Below are positions 26,539-32,000 of a DNA stretch of 32,000 nt, in pieces (within the stretch, counting starts at the first letter, position 1; every line of letters begins with the position of its first letter). The stretch lies in assembly GCF_003259895.1 (NCBI RefSeq), contig NZ_QLME01000001.1:26152-58151 (forward strand), written 5' to 3'. Made by a program: the position numbers and the translations under genes. The notes below the pieces were generated by a model. That model did no database searches. It was not told where the DNA came from and saw nothing but the letters and a program-made list of their open reading frames with translations. The stretch comes from Halanaerobium saccharolyticum (GTDB lineage Bacteria > Bacillota > Halanaerobiia > Halanaerobiales > Halanaerobiaceae).

Positions 26539-27279
26539 CTAATCCATTAGAAATCCACCATTGACATCAATTATTTCGCCAGTGATAAAACTGGCAGCAT
26601 CTGATAAGAGGAAACTTACAGCTCCTGCAACATCTTCCGGCTGTCCCAGCCTCTTAAGTGGAATCTCAGAAATTATTCGCTTTCTTTTTTCTTCCGACCA
26701 TTCTGAACTCATATCGGTTTCTATTGCATGGGGAGCAACTCCATTAACTGTAACATTATAGGGAGCTAAATCTCTGGCAAATGTTTTAGTCATTCCATCC
26801 AGGGCTGCCTTGGAGGGACCATAGCCTGGAGCAGAAGTTATATCTCCCATTTTGCCAGCTATAGAAGAGATATTTACAATCCTTCCCTGCTTCTGTTCTT
26901 TAAATTGAGGCCGTAAATATTTGCAGAATAGAAATGCACCTCTGGTATTTACTGCAAAAACCTGATCCCAGTCAGAGATACTTATTTCTTCTCCTACTCT
27001 TCTTTTGATAATCCCCGCATTATTTACCAGGGCCTCAATCTGACCGTATTCTTCTATAACTCCCTTAACCACTCTTGCAACATCTTCTTCCCTGGCTACA
27101 TTGCAGTGTTTAAATCTGTACTCTCCCTCAAAATCAGAACTCTTTTCTTCTAATTTCTGACCTTCATCCTGATTAATGTCACATATTACTGCAGTAAAAT
27201 TATTTTCAACCAATCGGTCAGCAATTGCTCTTCCAATCCCATTAACAGCACCTGTTACAATTGCAACTTTAGTTTCCAT
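26539..27279 (-). CDS. SDR-family oxidoreductase (FabG-like 3-oxoacyl reductase family)
   Basis: 'KVAIVTGAVNGIGRAIADRL', 'INNAGI', 'IVNISSIAGKMGDITSAPGYGPSKAALDGMTKTFARDLAPYNVTVNGVAP', 'GEIIDVNGGFLMD'. Confidence 0.87.
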   Translation of the reverse strand: METKVAIVTGAVNGIGRAIADRLVENNFTAVICDINQDEGQKLEEKSSDFEGEYRFKHCNVAREEDVARVVKGVIEEYGQIEALVNNAGIIKRRVGEEISISDWDQVFAVNTRGAFLFCKYLRPQFKEQKQGRIVNISSIAGKMGDITSAPGYGPSKAALDGMTKTFARDLAPYNVTVNGVAPHAIETDMSSEWSEEKRKRIISEIPLKRLGQPEDVAGAVSFLLSDAASFITGEIIDVNGGFLMD

Positions 27280-27327
27280 TTAAATCTCCTTTCTTAAGCT
27301 TAAATTAGATCTTAATCTCAAATCATC

Positions 27328-28608
27328 TTAGTTAAAAATCAAATTCGGTAAAAATATTACTAATTGAGGAAAAAACACTAACAAGATTATGACTGAAAAT
27401 AATGCTAATAAAAATGGATAACTTTCTTTCATATATTCACCAACTGAGCATTCCATCACCGAGCAGACTGAGTACATGGCAACTCCAACCGGAGGTGTTA
27501 ACAATCCCATGGCACAGATTATAACCATCACTACTCCAAAATGTACAGGGTCAATTCCAATTCTGGTAATTACAGGCACCAGAATTGAGGTTAAAAGCAA
27601 GATTATAACTGTTGAATCAATGAACATTCCCAGAAAGAATAAAAATGTGAGGATTATTAAAAATATTACCTGAGGACTGTCGCTAATATTTAATAAAAAA
27701 CTTGTTAAAATAACAGGTATTCTGTCCCAGACAATTCCGTAGCTAAATAGTGAGGACAGCGATATTAAAAAGATGATCATTCCTACATCACCAATTGTAT
27801 CCTTAACCGAATTGACAAATCGCTGCCAGCTCAGTTCTTTATAGATCAGGACTCCAATTACAATTGCATAGACTGCTGCAAATGAGCCAGCCTCTGAGGG
27901 AGTCATTAAACCAAATCTTAAACCAACAATTAAAATCACCGGAAATAAAAGGGCCCAGATGCTTTTAATAAAAGTTGGTATAATTTCATCAATCGAGGCC
28001 ATTTCTTCTCTTTCTGGAGCATAGCCTTTTTTCCTGGAGGTGATAGTAACAGCAATCATTAAAAAAGCCATCATCATTAATCCAGGCACAATTCCACCTG
28101 TAAAAAGTCTTCCAATTGAGATTTCACCAATGTTTCCATAAAGCACCAGACCAATCCCCGGAGGAACCGCGATACAAATCAGGGCTGAAAAACCAATAAT
28201 TGCAGCTGAATAGCCTTTTTCATATCCCTTTTTTGTCATATCCGGCCCCAAAATTCTGGCCTGCATTGAAGAATCGGCAATTGCAGATCCGGATACTCCT
28301 CCCATTAAGGTACTTAATACTACAGTAACCTGAGCCAGGGTTCCATATAAATGGCCGGCCAGTACTGACGCTAAATCTAATAATCTGCTAGTAATTCCTG
28401 TATTATTTAATAAATTTCCGGCCAGCATAAACATGGGTATTGCCAGCAGAGTAAAGCTCTGTGTTTCTGATAAAACTAATTGAACTGGCATTGTATAGGG
28501 CAGTGCCGGTTCCTGCATGAAAAAGAAAAACCCGGAAATTCCAATTGCAAAAGCAACGGGCATCCCCATTATTAAAAATAATGCAAATATAATTATTACT
28601 TCCAGCAT
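27328..28608 (-). CDS. dctM: TRAP transporter large permease (DctM)
   Basis: 426 aa 'GMPVAFAIGISGF...LLAIPMFMLAGNLLNNTGIT...ATVVLSTLMGGVSGSAIADSSMQARILGPDMTKKGY'; typical DctM. Confidence 0.94.
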   Translation of the reverse strand: MLEVIIIFALFLIMGMPVAFAIGISGFFFFMQEPALPYTMPVQLVLSETQSFTLLAIPMFMLAGNLLNNTGITSRLLDLASVLAGHLYGTLAQVTVVLSTLMGGVSGSAIADSSMQARILGPDMTKKGYEKGYSAAIIGFSALICIAVPPGIGLVLYGNIGEISIGRLFTGGIVPGLMMMAFLMIAVTITSRKKGYAPEREEMASIDEIIPTFIKSIWALLFPVILIVGLRFGLMTPSEAGSFAAVYAIVIGVLIYKELSWQRFVNSVKDTIGDVGMIIFLISLSSLFSYGIVWDRIPVILTSFLLNISDSPQVIFLIILTFLFFLGMFIDSTVIILLLTSILVPVITRIGIDPVHFGVVMVIICAMGLLTPPVGVAMYSVCSVMECSVGEYMKESYPFLLALFSVIILLVFFPQLVIFLPNLIFN

Positions 28609-28627
28609 TTATTATCTTCCTCCTAAA

Positions 28628-29155
28628 TTAATCACTTAATTGATCTACCTTTTCTTTATCTTTCATTTTAAGAGATGCTGCCTCTTTTGTTTTATAGACC
28701 TGACGCATTTTATTAACTGTGGAAATTAATAATAAAATTGAGCCAATGGGTACACTGAGGGTTGCCCAGGCATAACTGAGCTCCGGGATCCCCTGGAATG
28801 TTCTAAATCTCGTATTATAGGTCTGGATAAAACCAAATCTAATTAGATAGCCCAGAAAAACAACAATAATTAAGTAATTTGCTAAAGTAATATAGTACTG
28901 AGCTTTTTCCGGAAGTTTTAATACTATAAATTTTACACTTAAATGTCTATCCTGCCGCATCGCAACATCTGCACTAAAAAAAGCTGCCCAGGCAAAAAGA
29001 AAAGCAGAAATATCAATCGCCCAATTTAAAGGATGCCCTACTGCCCTGCCGATAGCGGACAGAAACACAATTATCATAATCAAAACTAAGAATACTCCTG
29101 AAATTATTTTTTCGACCTGACATATTTTATGATAAATATTTTTAGCAGTCTCCAA
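28628..29155 (-). CDS. dctQ: TRAP transporter small permease (DctQ)
   Basis: 175 aa, four TM segments, 'WAIDISAFLFAWAAFFSADVAMRQDRHLSVKFI'. Confidence 0.9.
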   Translation of the reverse strand: METAKNIYHKICQVEKIISGVFLVLIMIIVFLSAIGRAVGHPLNWAIDISAFLFAWAAFFSADVAMRQDRHLSVKFIVLKLPEKAQYYITLANYLIIVVFLGYLIRFGFIQTYNTRFRTFQGIPELSYAWATLSVPIGSILLLISTVNKMRQVYKTKEAASLKMKDKEKVDQLSD

Positions 29156-29212
29156 CTATAAACCTCCTTAAGAACCCCGGCCAATTTTGACCGGGGCCAG
29201 CCTTATTAATTT

Positions 29213-30196
29213 TTACTCTATTGCTTCCATTTCTTCATAAATTTGCTCTCGCTCATCCATCAAATCTAATTCCTCATAGGCCTGCATTCCGGCTTCTCTA
29301 AATGCTTCCAGATCAACATCTTCCACAATAGTCATTCCTTCTTCCTGCACAGTCTGCTTTATTTCTTCAGTCTGTTCGGCTAATTTGCGGGAAGTTTCCA
29401 GACCGGCTCTATTGGACTCTTCAACTAAGACCTCCTGATAAGCTTCGGGTAAGCTCTCAAACCACTGATTACTTACAACCTGAAAGTTAACTAATAAAAA
29501 ATGTCTGGTTTCATTTACATAATCTAAAACTTCAAATAAATTTCCAGCAGGAATATTACTGTAAACTAACTCTGCTCCATCAACAGAACCCTGCTGAATA
29601 CCTGTATAGATATCACCAAAATTCATTGCTGTCGGCACAGCACCTAAAGCCTCAACCGACTGATGCCAGATTGGTGCAGGGGGTGTCCTGATCCTTAAAC
29701 CATCCAGATCCTCCGGACTTCTGACAGGTTCATTTGTCATAAAATGCCTGAATCCCTGAACCCAGGAGAAGGAAAGAATTTTAATTCCATATTCTTCTGC
29801 CAGTTCTTCTTCCCATTTTTGCATTGTCGGTGTCTGACGTAATTTTTCTACATCTTCTATTGTGTCAACAAAATAAGGAGCGTTAACCACTGCCAGTCCG
29901 GGCACATAACTGCCTAACCTTGCTGCATCAGTATTCCAGGCTATAGGTACTCCAGATCTCAGCTGTTCCAGAACATCTTCCTCTACTCCTAATTGCGAAC
30001 TGGGAAAAACCTCAATCTGCAAATCTCCATCAGTTCTGTTTTCTACCCTTTCTGCCATGTTTACAAAACCTTCGTGAAAGGGATGGCTTTCATTTAGAAC
30101 ATGCCCATATCTTAATGTATACTCCTGGGCTGAGGCTGAAGCGGTGAGAACCAAAAGCAGTGATACTAAAACTACTAAACTCAAAATTTTCTTCAT
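29213..30196 (-). CDS. dctP: TRAP transporter substrate-binding protein (DctP family)
   Basis: Signal peptide then 'YTLRYGHVLNESHPFHEGFVNMAERVENRTDGDLQIEVFPSSQLGVEEDVLEQLRSG...LDGLRIRTPPAPIWHQSVEALGAVPTAMNFGDIYTGIQQGSVDGAE'. Confidence 0.94.
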   Translation of the reverse strand: MKKILSLVVLVSLLLVLTASASAQEYTLRYGHVLNESHPFHEGFVNMAERVENRTDGDLQIEVFPSSQLGVEEDVLEQLRSGVPIAWNTDAARLGSYVPGLAVVNAPYFVDTIEDVEKLRQTPTMQKWEEELAEEYGIKILSFSWVQGFRHFMTNEPVRSPEDLDGLRIRTPPAPIWHQSVEALGAVPTAMNFGDIYTGIQQGSVDGAELVYSNIPAGNLFEVLDYVNETRHFLLVNFQVVSNQWFESLPEAYQEVLVEESNRAGLETSRKLAEQTEEIKQTVQEEGMTIVEDVDLEAFREAGMQAYEELDLMDEREQIYEEMEAIE

Positions 30197-30265
30197 AATT
30201 TAAAATCCTCCTTATTATTTTGCAAAATCAATCCCAATTGTGGACTTTTAGAACAAAAAAAGAGA

Positions 30266-30287
30266 CCGGGAAAAATAAATTTCCCGG
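30266..30287 (-). terminator. Strong intrinsic terminator between the small ORF and the TRAP operon
   Basis: Minus strand CCGGGAAAtttattTTTCCCGG-TCTCTTTTTTTG. Confidence 0.75.
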
Positions 30288-30310
30288 CCCATGGCCCCAG
30301 GTTAGTCTTC

Positions 30311-30454
30311 TTATTTGACTTTTTTGATCTGTATAACAAAATTTTCTTTTTGCCCTTTGACTAAAACCTTTTGATGTTTAAAAAGTTTATATATCTTATC
30401 TCCAGGTTGAAACTTCACTAAATCTGTCAGCTCTTCTTTATAATTTTTACTCAA
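30311..30454 (-). CDS. Small protein (47 aa) of unknown function
   Basis: Track gives 81 aa (30311-30556), but a strong GGGAGGG site sits just before TTG at 30454, giving MSKNYKEELTDLVKFQPGDKIYKLFKHQKVLVKGQKENFVIQIKKVK. Confidence 0.55.
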   Translation of the reverse strand: MSKNYKEELTDLVKFQPGDKIYKLFKHQKVLVKGQKENFVIQIKKVK

Positions 30455-30738
30455 AAAAGATCCCTCCCGGGAACCACCAAGACTAATTAAACCGACTGTT
30501 TGAAAGATTCTGATTTTTGAAACAAAAAGGGGGTCTTTAAAATTTACACCCTTCAACGAATGTGATATAATTATTTAGTATTAACCCTAACAGAACAGCG
30601 CCAACTGAAATCTGTTACCCTTTTTATCTAATCTACTATCAATATTTAATCCCTCCTTTGTCTGCAAAAAGAGCAAGGGATAACTCTGTCCATTTATTGT
30701 TTCTGGACTTTAGTTTATAATTATCACATTTCAAGTTT

Positions 30739-30767
30739 ATTATAGTTCTAATTTAGAACAATGTCAA
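30739..30767 (-). promoter_or_regulatory. Consensus sigma-A promoter with an embedded palindromic operator
   Basis: Minus strand TTGACA (30762-30767)-17 nt-TATAAT (30739-30744); the spacer contains the perfect palindrome GTTCTAA-T-TTAGAAC (30745-30759). Confidence 0.85.
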
Positions 30768-30827
30768 GCTATTTTTATAAGTTTTTTTGTTAATTTTAAT
30801 TATTCGACAAAATTGGAGGAATTTTTT

Positions 30828-31181
30828 ATGACTTTCGGTGAAAACCTCAAAAAAGCTCGCAAAAATAAAGGTTTTACACAAAAAGATCTGGCAGAAATCG
30901 TGGGAATTAAACGCTCAACCATTGCCGGCTATGAAAGCAAAGATCAGGAACCAGCTTACAAAGTACTGAAAAAAATTGCTAAAGCATTAGACTGCAGCAT
31001 TGATACCCTGCTTGCTGTTGATTATGATAATTATAAAGTAAGTGAAAGTAATGTAACTAAAGAAATACTACATAATGATCAACTTAAATTATTATTTAAC
31101 GAAATACGAGAGATGTCTAATGACAAAATTGAGTTTTATAGAAATTTGATCAAATTTATTGAGTCTGAAAAAAATGAGTGA
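30828..31181 (+). CDS. XRE-family HTH transcriptional regulator
   Basis: 'FGENLKKARKNKGFTQKDLAEIVGIKRSTIAGYESKDQEPAYKVLKKIAKALDCSIDTLLAVDYD'. Track start (30813) is a TTG inside the GGAGG region; ATG at 30828 fits better. Confidence 0.92.
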   Translation: MTFGENLKKARKNKGFTQKDLAEIVGIKRSTIAGYESKDQEPAYKVLKKIAKALDCSIDTLLAVDYDNYKVSESNVTKEILHNDQLKLLFNEIREMSNDKIEFYRNLIKFIESEKNE

Positions 31182-31195
31182 GTTTAGTAAAAGAA

Positions 31196-31234
31196 AACTC
31201 CTGTCAGCAATCGTACAAATGACCAACAGGAGTT
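31196..31234. terminator. Bidirectional terminator between convergent XRE and SIS genes
   Basis: aactcctgt...acaggagtt hairpin; T-rich on the minus side (TTTTCTTTT). Confidence 0.65.
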
Positions 31235-31295
31235 CTTAATTATCTATTCTTTTTAGTTTTACCCGATACAAATTAAATAAGCTGATGTATCCAGT

Positions 31296-32000
31296 TTATA
31301 AGTCTTTAATTCTTTTCCCATACTTTTGAGCCAATTTTTTATTATCTGCATCTGCTCCATCTATATTACCACTTTTATAAACTGGTATTTCCAGATCTTT
31401 TTCTTTCATAATTGCAATGACTTCGGCAATAATACCATTAATAATATAGGAAGCTGCAATAGTGGAAGCCGGAACAGCCTTTGTTATTTCAAAATCTATT
31501 ACTGCATCTCCATAAGGAGTATGGTTATCAAGCACATAATCTGCCACTTCAAATAATCTTTTCCCACTCTGATGTCTGGAGTCATTAGCTTTAGAATATT
31601 CTAGAGAAGTAAGAGCAATTACTTCTAAACCTTCTTTCTGGGCTTTAAGAGCTGCATCTATAGGGACAGAATTACGGCCAGAATTGGAAACCACCACCAT
31701 TAAATCTTTTTCCTGCAGCTCATAATTATCTAGAATAATCTCTCCATAAGCTTCTAAACGCTCCATCTTAGTGCTTTTAATAGCACCTTGATCCAGCATA
31801 ACTCCCGAGTCAAAAATTGGGCTCATAACTGCCAGTCCTCCAGCTCTGTAAAAAACTTCTTCTGCCAACATATGAGAATGACCTGAACCAAAAACATGGA
31901 TTATACCCTCATTATTAATTGTTTCTACAAACTTTTCTGCTATTTTCTTTACTTTATCTCTTTCATTTTTATCGATTGCTTTTATAATCTCAGATATTTT
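31296..32000 (-). CDS. SIS-domain sugar isomerase-like protein (UPF0309-like), 5' end beyond the window
   Basis: Track starts at 31871, but the frame stays open to the edge: '...KISEIIKAIDKNERDKVKKIAEKFVETINNEGIIHVFGSGHSHMLAEEVFYRAGGLAV...VVVSNSGRNSVPIDAALKAQKEGLEVIALTS'. Confidence 0.82.
   Translation of the reverse strand, partial: KISEIIKAIDKNERDKVKKIAEKFVETINNEGIIHVFGSGHSHMLAEEVFYRAGGLAVMSPIFDSGVMLDQGAIKSTKMERLEAYGEIILDNYELQEKDLMVVVSNSGRNSVPIDAALKAQKEGLEVIALTSLEYSKANDSRHQSGKRLFEVADYVLDNHTPYGDAVIDFEITKAVPASTIAASYIINGIIAEVIAIMKEKDLEIPVYKSGNIDGADADNKKLAQKYGKRIKDL

Noticed and set aside
1-32000. CRISPR arrays, tRNA/rRNA genes, insertion sequences, phage modules
   Set aside because: Looked for regular repeats, transposase motifs and tRNA-like folds by eye and found none that could be supported.

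Overview
This 32 kb, AT-rich window is mostly encoded on the minus strand and resembles a fermentative anaerobic Firmicute, possibly Halanaerobiales (inference only). Seven blocks, left to right: (1) a sugar ABC transporter, GH3 beta-glycosidase and LacI regulator locus; (2) a degraded patch with a GH31 alpha-xylosidase remnant fused by deletion to a YesN/AraC-type response-regulator remnant; (3) plus-strand hydF and aspA; (4) a stand-alone MetE C-terminal-domain-like methyltransferase; (5) a nine-gene cluster, yhfZ-yhfY-yhfU-yhfT-[divergent amidase-signature protein]-php-yhfS-yhfX-yhfW, equivalent to the functionally uncharacterised yhf/php cluster of E. coli, with a promoter and repeat-rich putative operator upstream; (6) a nagB-like gene; (7) a sugar-acid catabolic operon (TRAP transporter, two SDRs, 2-hydroxyacid dehydrogenase, LarA-superfamily protein, FGGY kinase, KDPG/KDG aldolase) with no dehydratase in the window. 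Upstream of the TRAP genes is a consensus promoter with a perfect palindrome in its spacer, a long leader, a 47-aa ORF and an intrinsic terminator, next to a divergent XRE regulator. The best candidates for undescribed biology are the yhf-type cluster with the embedded amidase-like protein, the LarA-containing sugar-acid operon, and the leader/terminator arrangement in front of the TRAP genes. Everything was read by eye; no database searches were run.
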